A stretch of DNA of 64,000 nt. Source: Lentimicrobiaceae bacterium (GTDB lineage: Bacteria > Bacteroidota > Bacteroidia > Bacteroidales > UBA4417). The stretch lies in the NCBI GenBank assembly GCA_041660125.1, contig JBAZWY010000022.1, positions 2,035 to 66,034 on the forward strand, written 5' to 3'. Position numbers and translations under genes: made by a program. Of this stretch, positions 1-9,979 are shown piece by piece. The notes under the pieces were generated by a model, which was given only the letters and a program-made list of their open reading frames with translations, did no database searches and was not told where the DNA came from. Position 1 is the first letter of the stretch, and every line of letters starts with the position of its first letter.

Positions 1-1271
1 GAGAGTGAACCTGAAATTGGTTCAAGTCCTACTCTGTTGCGGATAAGGTTTACTGAAGCAGCAGCTCCTGCTGTATTGCCGGTTTCATTCTGGGCTTCCG
101 CTTTCAATAAAATAATATCAGCAAGACGAAGCAAATAATAATCATCCCCACTGGCCCATCCTGCCGGATGTTTCTGCTTGTAATTAAATGGAATTGCTAT
201 TTCAGGATCCTGGCAAGGATTCCAGTTCTCATCAGCCCAGCTGATTGGATCGCCATAGGCATCGGTAGTCATCCAAACAATATTGGCATCCTCCCTTACG
301 GCATCACCGGCTGCATTATAAGCAGCTACCAGGTCTTTCGAAGGCACACAATATTTTTGCCATCCGTCTTCAGGGGCTAAATATAACTCAACTCCCCAGT
401 TGGAAGCTGACCAGTTGCCTTCTTCAAATGGAATTTCGAGAATTGATTCTGAATTCAGATAATGTGCCCCGTCAAATAAATCAGCATAATTTGCCATTAA
501 CGAATAACCGGCAGGGCTGTTTATTACTGCATCGCAATAGGTGAGCACTTTTGAGTAATCCCTGTCGCTGCGTTGAGCCCAAACCTTGGCAAGCGTTGCA
601 TTTGCAGCACCTTTTGTAGCCCGCACTTTGTTTACTGAAGCCTGGGTGCCATAGGTATCTGGCAGGTCAGCAACGGCTGTTTCCAGGTCTTTAACAATCT
701 GATCATACACCTCAGTTTCCGTAGCCCTGGGTTTCCGGGTAACAGCAGGATCTGCAGTATTGGATTCCAGTTCAATGGGCACCCCACCAAATAATTTTAC
801 CATCTGGTAATAATGAAAGGCTCTGAGGAAACTTGCTTCCCCTATGATTTGCTGACGCCTTGTATCTGTTAAAGCCGGGTCAGTAACTGTATTAATCTTA
901 TCTAATAAAATATTGCAGCGGGCAATGCCATTATATAAAGCGCGCCAGTGTACACTGTTGTGAGTATTGCTTGGAGGTAAAATAAACCTGTCGTAATCGT
1001 AGAATGTTTCCTCATTTCCACCGCCGGGATAGGCATTATCCGACCTGACATCGCTAAGCATCACATTTTCCCATTGATAATAATCGGTGCCATAGAAAGT
1101 ATTGTAACATCCTGCCAATACATTTTCCATATCGGATGCTGTACTGTAAGCATTTCCCGTAGTTAATGATGTAACAGGTTTATCATCAATGAATTTATTG
1201 CATGAGCCCAATGATACCGCCATTAAAAGGAGCATCAGAAATATGGGCAGATTGAAAGAATATTTTTTCAT
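1..1271 (-). CDS. SusD/RagB-family outer-membrane lipoprotein (partial; C-terminus lies beyond the left edge)
   Basis: The minus-strand frame is open from the ATG at 1269-1271 to the window edge. It is absent from the ORF track because it has no stop codon in the window. The N-terminus MKKYSFNLPIFLMLLLMAVSLGSC is a lipoprotein signal. An in-frame internal stretch, GDDYYLLRLADIILLKAEAQNETGN, is typical of SusD. The gene lies directly downstream of a SusC gene. Confidence 0.85.
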   Translation of the reverse strand, partial: MKKYSFNLPIFLMLLLMAVSLGSCNKFIDDKPVTSLTTGNAYSTASDMENVLAGCYNTFYGTDYYQWENVMLSDVRSDNAYPGGGNEETFYDYDRFILPPSNTHNSVHWRALYNGIARCNILLDKINTVTDPALTDTRRQQIIGEASFLRAFHYYQMVKLFGGVPIELESNTADPAVTRKPRATETEVYDQIVKDLETAVADLPDTYGTQASVNKVRATKGAANATLAKVWAQRSDRDYSKVLTYCDAVINSPAGYSLMANYADLFDGAHYLNSESILEIPFEEGNWSASNWGVELYLAPEDGWQKYCVPSKDLVAAYNAAGDAVREDANIVWMTTDAYGDPISWADENWNPCQDPEIAIPFNYKQKHPAGWASGDDYYLLRLADIILLKAEAQNETGNTAGAAASVNLIRNRVGLEPISGSL

Positions 1272-1382
1272 GTGTTTATTTTTTTAAATTTTTACGGGTC
1301 ACATGGAACTCGCCATGAATAATCATCCCTCTATGTGATAATTTATTGTCATGGCTTGTTTCATAACGTTCATTTTATAGAA

Positions 1383-4300
1383 TTAGAAAGAAATTTTTAA
1401 ACCCAGTACAAAATCCCTTGATTGAGGATAGGTTCCAAAATCCACGCCTGGCGCAGTATTTTGGTTTGTCGCACCCTGACCGCTGCCGCTAAAAGCGCTG
1501 ACTTCCGGGTCAAATCCAGTGTATTTGGTAAATGTAAACAGGTTCTCAGCTGTAAAATAAACCATGAAGCGGGTGATTTTGAGCTTGGACAATATGGAAG
1601 GGTCAATTGTATAACCTAAGGTAAGTGACTTAACCCTGAGATACGAACCATTTTCAAGGTATCGTGTTGATGGGTTTGAATTGGTCCAGTCGGATGGCGT
1701 TACTCTTGGTATATCCGTAATATCGCCCGGGTTATGCCACCTGTTCAGAACAGTAGCAGACTGGTTCTGGGCTAAAGCCATCGATTCAGTTAAAACGCGG
1801 GTTGCATTAAGTATCTGGTTGCCTTGAACTCCCTGGAGGAAAAAATCAAACGTCCAGTTTTTATATGAAAATGTGTTAGTGAGGCCATATATGAATTTAG
1901 GATTAGCGTCTCCGATTATTCCTGTGCTATCAGCCGATCCATCTGCCGTTTGCATGAATATAATATCACCTGTTGCAGGATCAACTCCTTGCGATATTTT
2001 TCCATAAAATGAGCCTAATGGTTTCCCTTCCTGAACTACAGCGGTATTAAATTCGTCGCCTGCCGGGTTAATTGCTCCTGAAAAGATGGTGGTGCCAACG
2101 ATGCTTAATACTTTGTTTTTGTTGAAAGAAATATTGAAATCGGTATTCCATCTGAAGTCAGAATTTACCATATTTCTGGAACTAACCTGGAATTCAAATC
2201 CTTTATTTTCGAGGCTGCCTGCGTTTTGCAATGCTGTTGAAAACCCTGAACTGGTTGGCTGTGGTACTTCAAGTAAAAGTCCGGTAGTTTTTTTATAGTA
2301 ATAATCGGCAGTAAATGATATACGGTTATCTATAAAAGCCAGGTCAATTCCAATGTCGAATTGTGATGTTTTTTCCCAGCTCAGGGCGGAGTTTTCAAGC
2401 GTAGAAGGGGTAAATGCAGTATGAGTTTCACCTCCGATAAGATATTTGTTGCTAATAGTGTCAACTATCCCATACCAGGCATAGGGAGCTGCCCTGTCGT
2501 TGCCTACTAATCCCCATCCTGCCCGAACTTTCAATTCGCTGATAACGGCATTATTTTTTAAGAATTCTTCCTGTGAGATTCGCCATCCCGTTGAAAAGGA
2601 AGGGAAATATCCCCAGCGATTCTGTGGTGCAAACTGTCCTGAACCATCAGCCCGGAAATTGGATGTGACAAAATACTTATCCTTATATGAATAATTTACC
2701 CTGCCAATGTATGAAAGATGTGATTTTTGTACAAAATCAGGCACTGGTATACTTTGTACGGCACCTGATCCAACATCTGTGTTTCCATTGGAAGCCCTGC
2801 TGAAATCATGTGATGATCTGTATAAATTATCGGTTTGCTCTCTTGAAATAATGAAACCGGCCATTGCACTAATATTATGGTCCACTATTTTTTTTGTATA
2901 GTTCGCTGTATTTTCCGAAACCCAGTAATTGTAATTATACTTGTTTTCTGAAGCTAAGCCTCCCATAGTTTTGCCATACCTGGTTTGGACTGAATCCTGG
3001 AAAGAAGTAAATTTCCCGTCTGTTCTTTCAAAACCATAAAGGCTCTTTAATTTTAGCCCGTCAATTACTTCTGCTTCGGCATAAACATTGCCATGAAACC
3101 TGGTATTTGTATATTGCTGATCGGGCTGATAAACAGTTGACACCGGGTTTTCCAAATCATTGATAAATGGGCTCCTTGCATACATTTCGGGGTTTTCCGG
3201 ATCCCGGATTCCTATATTTGGGATTGTAGTGTATAACCTTGTAATAACACCATTCCTGTTGTTTTCCGAAACGGCTTTATCTTTCCAGTTGTCCAAAGCA
3301 AGGGTAGTCCCTATTTTCAGGATTTTATTTACCTGGTGGTCAACATTTGCATTTAGAGTACTTCTTTTAACATTATTATTAAAAACAATTCCGTTTTGAT
3401 CAATTAAAGATCCTGATATATAATAGCTTGTTTTCTTAGTTCCGCCTGTTGCTGATAACTGATAGTTCTGGGAAAGTGCATTTCTGAATGTTTCGTCCTG
3501 CCAGTTGGTATTGGCATTGTATTTATCCCAGAATGTGGGATCACTTGTTTCACCCATTTCAATGGCAAGATCTTTAAACTGGCTTCCATTAAGAACATTC
3601 TCTTTTTTCCATGCTTTAGATACGGAAAGAGAAGTGCTGAAATCCAGTTTCAGTTTCTGGTTTTTCCCTCTTTTAGTTGTAATTAAAACAACTCCGTTTG
3701 CGCCACTGCTGCCATAAATAGCTGCTGAAGAAGCATCTTTCAGGACGGTAAAACTTTCAATGTCTGCTGGGTTTATTTCGTTTGTGTTATACGTCTGAAC
3801 ACCATCCACAATGTATAACGGATCGCTCCCCGAAGTAATGGAAGATGTTCCCCTGATACGCATGGTAAATCCGGCCTGGGGTTGCCCCGAGGAACGTATA
3901 ACCTGGACTCCTGCAGCCTTTCCTTCGAGTGAATACCCAAACTGAGTATTAGGCCTGTCTTTCAAATCTTTTGACGATACCACAGCTACTGCACCCGTCA
4001 GATCTTTTTTCTGCTGAGTTCCGTAGCCTACTACAACCACTTCGCTCAGGTTACTGGCTGTTTGAGTTAGAGTTATATCCATTTGAGTCTGTGCTCCAAC
4101 TAGCACTTCACGTGATTCAAATCCTATAAAGGAAAAAATCAACGTACTGTTCGAATGTGCTGAAACGGAAAATTTACCCTCAATATCGGTAGTTGTTCCT
4201 GACGAAGTGCCTTTTATAACCACACTTACACCTGGCATTGTGGTTCCGTCATTGGATTTAACTGTGCCTTTAACTGTAACGTTTTGAGCAAAAAGAACAG

Positions 4301-4388
4301 ATTGCACAATCAATAACAAAAACGCAGTAAGATAAAGCGTCTTTGTCCTCAGGATTGGCACGAGATTAATTGGTAGCTTTTTTTTCAT
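1383..4388 (-). CDS. SusC-family TonB-dependent outer-membrane receptor
   Basis: The ORF spans 1383-4505. The likely true start is the internal MKKKLPINLV at 4388, which begins a signal peptide. This is followed by a CarboxypepD_reg-like segment (VTVKGTVKSNDGTTMPGVSVVIKGTSSGTTTDIEGKFS), a plug region (VVVGYGTQQKKDLTGAV) and a C-terminal aromatic residue. The gene is paired with a SusD gene. Confidence 0.9.
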   Translation of the reverse strand: MKKKLPINLVPILRTKTLYLTAFLLLIVQSVLFAQNVTVKGTVKSNDGTTMPGVSVVIKGTSSGTTTDIEGKFSVSAHSNSTLIFSFIGFESREVLVGAQTQMDITLTQTASNLSEVVVVGYGTQQKKDLTGAVAVVSSKDLKDRPNTQFGYSLEGKAAGVQVIRSSGQPQAGFTMRIRGTSSITSGSDPLYIVDGVQTYNTNEINPADIESFTVLKDASSAAIYGSSGANGVVLITTKRGKNQKLKLDFSTSLSVSKAWKKENVLNGSQFKDLAIEMGETSDPTFWDKYNANTNWQDETFRNALSQNYQLSATGGTKKTSYYISGSLIDQNGIVFNNNVKRSTLNANVDHQVNKILKIGTTLALDNWKDKAVSENNRNGVITRLYTTIPNIGIRDPENPEMYARSPFINDLENPVSTVYQPDQQYTNTRFHGNVYAEAEVIDGLKLKSLYGFERTDGKFTSFQDSVQTRYGKTMGGLASENKYNYNYWVSENTANYTKKIVDHNISAMAGFIISREQTDNLYRSSHDFSRASNGNTDVGSGAVQSIPVPDFVQKSHLSYIGRVNYSYKDKYFVTSNFRADGSGQFAPQNRWGYFPSFSTGWRISQEEFLKNNAVISELKVRAGWGLVGNDRAAPYAWYGIVDTISNKYLIGGETHTAFTPSTLENSALSWEKTSQFDIGIDLAFIDNRISFTADYYYKKTTGLLLEVPQPTSSGFSTALQNAGSLENKGFEFQVSSRNMVNSDFRWNTDFNISFNKNKVLSIVGTTIFSGAINPAGDEFNTAVVQEGKPLGSFYGKISQGVDPATGDIIFMQTADGSADSTGIIGDANPKFIYGLTNTFSYKNWTFDFFLQGVQGNQILNATRVLTESMALAQNQSATVLNRWHNPGDITDIPRVTPSDWTNSNPSTRYLENGSYLRVKSLTLGYTIDPSILSKLKITRFMVYFTAENLFTFTKYTGFDPEVSAFSGSGQGATNQNTAPGVDFGTYPQSRDFVLGLKISF

Positions 4389-4544
4389 TGGTTTTGGTTT
4401 TGGTTGGTCATACGTATAAAAATTAAAATTGGATTGAGGATTACCGGTGATAAAAGAAGCGTTTAGAAGGATAGTTCCTAACAGAAAGGAATGATGACTA
4501 TACACCTTTAGTAAGCCAAAGGTACATATGGAATATTCTGAACG

Positions 4545-4582
4545 TGTATGGATTTGCGTATTATATTCTTCGATTTGCGTAA
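4545..4582 (-). promoter_or_regulatory. Operator copy C upstream of SusC: perfect direct repeat ATTTGCGTA (4552-4560 and 4573-4581, 21-bp register)
   Basis: The sequence gtatggatttgcgtattatattcttcgatttgcgtaaa aligns with copies at 10893-10930 and 12845-12882. A TAnnTTTG -7 box (TACCTTTG on the minus strand, 4517-4524) lies 20 bp downstream in the direction of transcription. Confidence 0.5.
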
Positions 4583-4644
4583 ATTCGAATTCAGGATTCT
4601 TGGAAACTGGAATTTGAGCCTTGGAATTTTTTGCAACCGCAAAA

Positions 4645-5808
4645 TTATTTACGGGTAAGATGTTTTTTCCTGTATTCGATAGGAGTACAGCCTTTCACTT
4701 GTTTAAACTGGCGCGAAATATTTTTGCTGTTGTCGAAACCTGATTCAAGTGCAATCTCAAAAATAGTTTTATCCGTTTCGAGCAATCGTTGGGCAAATTT
4801 CTGTATTTGCAGGTTATAAATGTATTTGTACACTCCTATTCCGGTAGTTTCCTGGAAACGTTTTTCCAATGCTCTGCGTGAGAGCGGAACCTGTTTCACC
4901 ACATCAGCAACATTAATCCTGTCATCAATATTCTGATGTATAAATTTGAGGGCTTTAGCAATGTATTTATCGTTGGCCGAAGCGATATCGGTTGATTGCC
5001 GTGTTATAACCTGGGTAGGTTTTACAAGAATGTCGTAATGCTCGGTTACCTGGTGTGTGATCATAAGATCCATTAATCGTGCCGCTTCATAACCGCCTTT
5101 TTCAGTATCCAGGTCGATACTTGATAAAGGAGGATCTGATAAATTGCAGGTCATCTTGTCATTATCAACGCCAAGTACTGCGATTTCTTCCGGGATCTGG
5201 ATCCTGGCATGTTTGCAGGCTTCGGTAATATGCTGGCCCCGTTCGTCGTCGCATGCCATAATTGCGATGGGTTTTGGCAACGACTGCAGCCATTGGCTCA
5301 GAGCCGAAGGTTTATAATGCCACAACTCGCGCGAAGGAGCCTGGTCGTTATCAAAATAATGTACTTCGAAACCAAGTGGATTTAAGTGATTGGCAAAACC
5401 TTCGGCACGTTCGCGGGACCATACTATATTTTTAAATCCGTAAAAAGCGAAATTCCTGAATCCTTTCTCAAGGAAATATTCAGCTCCGATTCTCCCGGCT
5501 TCAAAATAACCTCCGGTGATGTTCGGAATATCCGAAAACCGCTCCTTAAAATCTTCAACAATCAGATGTATTCCTGCATCGAGTACTTTTTTAACGTCAA
5601 GGTCATTGTATAACTGGGCGATAATTCCATCGGCCCCCCATTCTTTTGCGAAATCCACTATGCCTTCCATTCCAAGTGTTTCCCTGTAAAACAATGGCAT
5701 ACGGCAGAATATCCAGGGGCCATGCTCCTTCGAGTATTTTACAACTCCTTTCATCAGGTTCTGACCGTATTCTTCCGAAATATCGATGAGAAGGATAATT
5801 TTGTGCAT
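4645..5808 (-). CDS. XylR-like hybrid transcriptional regulator (periplasmic-binding-protein-like sugar sensor domain plus C-terminal AraC-type HTH)
   Basis: 387 aa. The N-terminal ~270 aa look like a LacI/PBP-type sugar-binding fold. The C-terminal part (ALKFIHQNIDDRINVADVVKQVPLSRRALEKRFQETTGIGVYKYI...ESGFDNSKNISRQFKQVKGCTPIEYRKK) is a classic AraC/XylS HTH pair. Confidence 0.8.
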   Translation of the reverse strand: MHKIILLIDISEEYGQNLMKGVVKYSKEHGPWIFCRMPLFYRETLGMEGIVDFAKEWGADGIIAQLYNDLDVKKVLDAGIHLIVEDFKERFSDIPNITGGYFEAGRIGAEYFLEKGFRNFAFYGFKNIVWSRERAEGFANHLNPLGFEVHYFDNDQAPSRELWHYKPSALSQWLQSLPKPIAIMACDDERGQHITEACKHARIQIPEEIAVLGVDNDKMTCNLSDPPLSSIDLDTEKGGYEAARLMDLMITHQVTEHYDILVKPTQVITRQSTDIASANDKYIAKALKFIHQNIDDRINVADVVKQVPLSRRALEKRFQETTGIGVYKYIYNLQIQKFAQRLLETDKTIFEIALESGFDNSKNISRQFKQVKGCTPIEYRKKHLTRK

Positions 5809-5873
5809 AACGCTTGGTACAGTTATTCAGAAGCTAAAGTAATTCAAAATACAATGATGGCGAAACCGCCTGC

Positions 5874-7112
5874 TTAGTCCCTGATTGTTTTATTGGTGAT
5901 AAGCGGCTTAGCCCAGAAACTGATACTGAGAATGTAGCCTAATGTTATAAAAATAAACAACATTCCTACTTGGAGTGAGGTAATATCACTGATGGCACCA
6001 ATCAAGATTTGAATGATAGCGCCTCCGGCAATACCGGTCATTAAAATTCCTGCAAAAGAACCATGGTGTTTGGCAACTGAATTCAGTCCCAGCGAAACGA
6101 TAATAGGATACATTACTGACAAAAAGAAACCTGAAATCGGGAAAGCCCACAACGAAACCTGAGCGTTGCCAAACAAACCGGTAGCCACACTAATCATTGC
6201 CAGAATAGTAAACCATCTTAAAATGGGTTTGCTGTCGTATAGTTTCATCAAAACTAGTCCTAAAACTCCTCCAATAGTCATTAATCCCCAGAAATAGGAA
6301 ACTGCATCAGCACCTGCAATATCAGGATTGAAACCATGATATTTCAACAAGAATTTTGACATCCAGTAGGAAATACCCTGTTCGGAGCCCACGTATGCAA
6401 AGATGCCGAGAAAATAGAGAATCACATATTTATTTTTAAAAAGTTCAAGATAACTGTCCTTTGTGCCTGCTTTTTCATCTTCCTGTAATTCAACCTTTGG
6501 AAATTTTACCGTGGCAACTACCACAACCATCAAAACAGCAATCAGTGCAAAAACCCAGTACACCGAAACCCAGGACATCGATGTCGGAACCAATCCCGAC
6601 ATCAGTCCGATGATAGGCTTGTTCACATTTCCCTTGTCGATGTTTGTCACTAAATAGGTGTACATCTGGGGGCTCACAAATGAAGCCAGTCCAAAAATCA
6701 GCTGAGCTAGAACAGAATTAAATGCGTAATGCACTTCGCCTCCGGATACACGCAAAAGCGGATTGATAACCACCTGCAATACCGCCATTCCGGCTCCGAT
6801 GGTAAAAAGTGAAATTATAAATACATTAAAACTTGGGGAAAGAGCGAATCCTAAAGCACCTGCAAAAGCAAGCAAAAAAGCCAGCATCATCATTCTCTTT
6901 TCGCCGTACTGTTCAACTAAAAAGCCGGAAGGAATTGACATTATTCCGTAAGCGATAAAAAAGGCGAAAGGCAGCAAACCGGCCATGGTTTCGCTGAGAG
7001 TGAAACTTTCGGAAACTTTTTGGTTGAGTGCTCCCAGGATATTGGTAAGAAATGAAATCACGAAGAAAGTGAGCATAATAAGTATGACTATCAGAAGGCT
7101 TTTTCTCTTCAT
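5874..7112 (-). CDS. MFS sugar transporter of the glucose/galactose/fucose-permease type (NagP-like candidate)
   Basis: 412 aa with about 12 predicted hydrophobic helices. The N-terminal FLTNILGALN...LLPFAFFIAYGIMSIPSG pattern is typical of FucP/GluP-type permeases. It sits inside an amino-sugar PUL. Confidence 0.75.
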   Translation of the reverse strand: MKRKSLLIVILIMLTFFVISFLTNILGALNQKVSESFTLSETMAGLLPFAFFIAYGIMSIPSGFLVEQYGEKRMMMLAFLLAFAGALGFALSPSFNVFIISLFTIGAGMAVLQVVINPLLRVSGGEVHYAFNSVLAQLIFGLASFVSPQMYTYLVTNIDKGNVNKPIIGLMSGLVPTSMSWVSVYWVFALIAVLMVVVVATVKFPKVELQEDEKAGTKDSYLELFKNKYVILYFLGIFAYVGSEQGISYWMSKFLLKYHGFNPDIAGADAVSYFWGLMTIGGVLGLVLMKLYDSKPILRWFTILAMISVATGLFGNAQVSLWAFPISGFFLSVMYPIIVSLGLNSVAKHHGSFAGILMTGIAGGAIIQILIGAISDITSLQVGMLFIFITLGYILSISFWAKPLITNKTIRD

Positions 7113-7225
7113 GGGAAAGAAGTTATTAGATTAAAATGCTATTTATGATTTGACTGGTTTCCAAACGCTGGTAACTGGTGATTTGTATTTCATTTTTCGT
7201 AATCTGAGGCTCGACACTTTTTCCG

Positions 7226-9853
7226 CTATTTAACTTCCACCGATTGATTCCTGACATTCCAGCCTGATATCTGAAGTTTCTTATTCCCTGACTTTAAACT
7301 ACCTTTCGGCATTGAACAGCTAATGTTCCGCTTTTCACCCGGCAATAAACTAATGTAATTATCATCCCAGAAAACCGGGTAAACCTGGTTGCCATTACCG
7401 TCAAGTAAAGCCAGGTTGATAAAAAAGGCAATTTTATCACTATGGTTTTGGAGTTTGGCAGTGAGTTCCAGATTATCGCCTGTGTCAACGGATAGGTATG
7501 AAGCCGAAATTTCAGTTGCCGGCAATTTATTTAATCCTGTGTAGTCGGCAAAATCTTCCATAGGTGTGTAAGCCCAGGTTGTCTTTTTCCAATCAAATAC
7601 ATCAGGTTTATCCGAAAGCCAATAGAAATTCTGTGCAAGCTGTTTGCCTTTATTATCAAATAACCTAACATCCAGGAAAACAGCCTCAGTCAATGGTTCA
7701 AGAGCTAATACTTTTTCAGAATTATTGGAACTAACTGTGAAATTCACATCTTGTTGAGATAACAATTTGGAGTCTAGGTTGAAAATACGGATGGATGCCT
7801 TGAGATTTTCAGCATCATTCACTGTTTCGTTAACTGCAAATACTGAATTATTTTGATAGTCATACATAAGTTGCAATGGCTCATTGGCTTTGCGGGTAGC
7901 ATAGTATGCGGATGTTGGAAGAAGATAATAATCGTATAATTGCCAGTATGTGGATGGCCAGGCAGAATTAAGCATCCATTGTATAATTCCGGTGGTTTTC
8001 GGTAGTCGTACCCTGAATGCTTCGAACATGGCACGCATGGCTTCATATCCCTGGGCATCTGCCTTCAGGAGATAATCATCCAGGTCAGCAGGCTTTCCAT
8101 AGCGATTTTCGAGCATCTCGGTAGTAACTTCCATGGTGTTAAATCCGAATTTCGAATGAGTACAATGGAAATCCCAGGCCTTGCTCAATGGCCATAGTTG
8201 ATCAGCAGGAATCATTCGTTTAAGCGATTCCAGAACCGGAACCTGTGCTCCCGGGCCGGTTTCGGTATTAAATCCAAATGCGCCGCCATTAATGGTATCA
8301 TAGTACCAATATACCGGGGCTACATATTCATAAGGCCCGTTCATCTTTACTCCTGTCGGGCCGCTTATAGCACTCACACGTGTTCCTGCTGAAGTCAGGT
8401 ATGGCCTGTTATCAAGGGTTTTAAACAGACTGTCGTATTTCAATTCAAGCTCCGGTTTGGGGCATTTATCACTTCCAATCATCCATACAAAAATACTGGG
8501 ATGGTTTCGTAACCATAGAATCTGGTCGCGGAACGAAGTAAGTGCAAGAGCCATTTCCTGGTCCGTTTGAATTCCTCCGTATTGATCGCAGGTTTTACCC
8601 AGGTACTCGTCCCATTCCCATTGGCAACTCCAGCCAACCATAACCATTATGCCATATTTATCACACAGATCGTAGATATCCTGTGTGTTTCCCCAAATGC
8701 TTTCGAGTCGTATGGTATTCAGGTTCATATGCTTAACATATTGAATCTGAGTCTCTATACTTGACATGCTATCGCGAAGAAAAAGATCATCGGTCCAGCC
8801 GGCACCTTTAATTAACACTTCTTTACCATTCAGTTTAAATCCTTTATGACCGTCAGGATTTGTGTACATTTCAATTTGCCTTATTCCAAACTGAATCTTT
8901 TCTGAATCAGAAATTTGTTTTTTTATTTTAAAATGCAGTTCAAGCTGGTATAATTCGGGGGAACCCAGGTTGTTGCACCACCAGAGTCGCGGATTCTTAA
9001 TGTGCAGTTCGGGAATTTGCGTGGAAGTAAGAACCAGATCCAATGTTTGACCGGCTTTAAGCACAACCGGGTAACTGAATTCCCGGTTTTCAATTTTCCC
9101 TGTCAGAAAACCCTCTTCGGTTTTTGTGGAATTATTTTTAAGGCTGGTTTTAATAGTCAGTGATGCTTCCTTAAGTGTGGCAGTATTTACTTTTGATTCA
9201 ACATACGTATTGTTGATACTGACTTCACCTGTAATTTTAAGATATACTTCACGCCATATTCCCATATTTTCATCAACCGGTCTGGGATTCCAATCTACAA
9301 ATCCCAGGTTAAAGTCGCCGGGTTGTGCCCTGAAAATTTCTACAGCCAGCACATTATTTCTATTATGCAGCAATTTTGTGATGTCAAATTCAAACCGGCG
9401 AAATGTTCCAAAAACGCTGTCGCGCGAAGCCAGCAACTTACCGTTAAGCCAGATATTGGCATAATAATTTATACCATCAAAATGAAGTGTAACATGTTGG
9501 CCGTGTTTGATAGCAGGGGCTTCAAATTGCTTTCTGAACCACCACGATTGATCGAATTGTTTTGTTTCTACATTATTATAGTTTTCGCCAACAAAAATAT
9601 CCTTATAAAGTCCATTTCGGGTAAGTGCTCCCATTACCGTTGAAGGAACTGAAGTTTTGTACCAGTTCCCGGTACTGATCCCGTTAGTGGATAATTCAGA
9701 TCCCTTAAGATTGATTTTACCGGATTGCTGAACATACCAGTTCTCTTTTAAAACTGTTTTGCCCGGATCGGCAATCCGTTTCTGCGCAAAAGAACTTACC
9801 GGCGTGAGCAGTGAAATTAGTATTCCGGTTTTTAACAGCAATTCTTTTAACAT
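7226..9853 (-). CDS. Glycoside hydrolase family 2, exo-beta-D-glucosaminidase (CsxA)-like or beta-mannosidase-like
   Basis: 875 aa with a signal peptide. The GH2 N-terminal sugar-binding pattern is present (WWFRKQF...LHFDGINYYANIWLNGKLL...FEFDIT), followed by a TIM-barrel region. At the acid/base position the motif reads FVWMIGSDKCP (Ser-Asp) instead of the usual Asn-Glu. Confidence 0.8.
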   Translation of the reverse strand: MLKELLLKTGILISLLTPVSSFAQKRIADPGKTVLKENWYVQQSGKINLKGSELSTNGISTGNWYKTSVPSTVMGALTRNGLYKDIFVGENYNNVETKQFDQSWWFRKQFEAPAIKHGQHVTLHFDGINYYANIWLNGKLLASRDSVFGTFRRFEFDITKLLHNRNNVLAVEIFRAQPGDFNLGFVDWNPRPVDENMGIWREVYLKITGEVSINNTYVESKVNTATLKEASLTIKTSLKNNSTKTEEGFLTGKIENREFSYPVVLKAGQTLDLVLTSTQIPELHIKNPRLWWCNNLGSPELYQLELHFKIKKQISDSEKIQFGIRQIEMYTNPDGHKGFKLNGKEVLIKGAGWTDDLFLRDSMSSIETQIQYVKHMNLNTIRLESIWGNTQDIYDLCDKYGIMVMVGWSCQWEWDEYLGKTCDQYGGIQTDQEMALALTSFRDQILWLRNHPSIFVWMIGSDKCPKPELELKYDSLFKTLDNRPYLTSAGTRVSAISGPTGVKMNGPYEYVAPVYWYYDTINGGAFGFNTETGPGAQVPVLESLKRMIPADQLWPLSKAWDFHCTHSKFGFNTMEVTTEMLENRYGKPADLDDYLLKADAQGYEAMRAMFEAFRVRLPKTTGIIQWMLNSAWPSTYWQLYDYYLLPTSAYYATRKANEPLQLMYDYQNNSVFAVNETVNDAENLKASIRIFNLDSKLLSQQDVNFTVSSNNSEKVLALEPLTEAVFLDVRLFDNKGKQLAQNFYWLSDKPDVFDWKKTTWAYTPMEDFADYTGLNKLPATEISASYLSVDTGDNLELTAKLQNHSDKIAFFINLALLDGNGNQVYPVFWDDNYISLLPGEKRNISCSMPKGSLKSGNKKLQISGWNVRNQSVEVK

Positions 9854-9979
9854 ATTCGGAGCTTTAAGTAACAGGGTTTTAATTCGTTGACAGATTTATG
9901 CGGAGATTCAGAAATGGTGTATTCCGGAATTCATCAGTGTGCTTATCAGAAATTACTTTTACAGATCGTAAGTTCAAAG

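Noticed and set aside
19-29. GGTTCAAGTCC, which resembles a tRNA T-arm.
   Set aside because: It lies inside the open SusD reading frame, where it encodes ...NRVGLEPIS..., a typical SusD C-terminal region. No acceptor or anticodon stems can be drawn around it.
4389-4505. N-terminal extension of the SusC ORF (MYSHHSFLLG...). Similar extensions occur at 57598-57696, 10814-10879, 13903-13959 and 17737-17766.
   Set aside because: The extensions precede a canonical start (a signal peptide, or the conserved N-terminus in the ROK kinase and pheS). They run through promoter or repeat sequence, and one would overlap the ribokinase gene by about 100 nt. The internal starts fit the protein families better.
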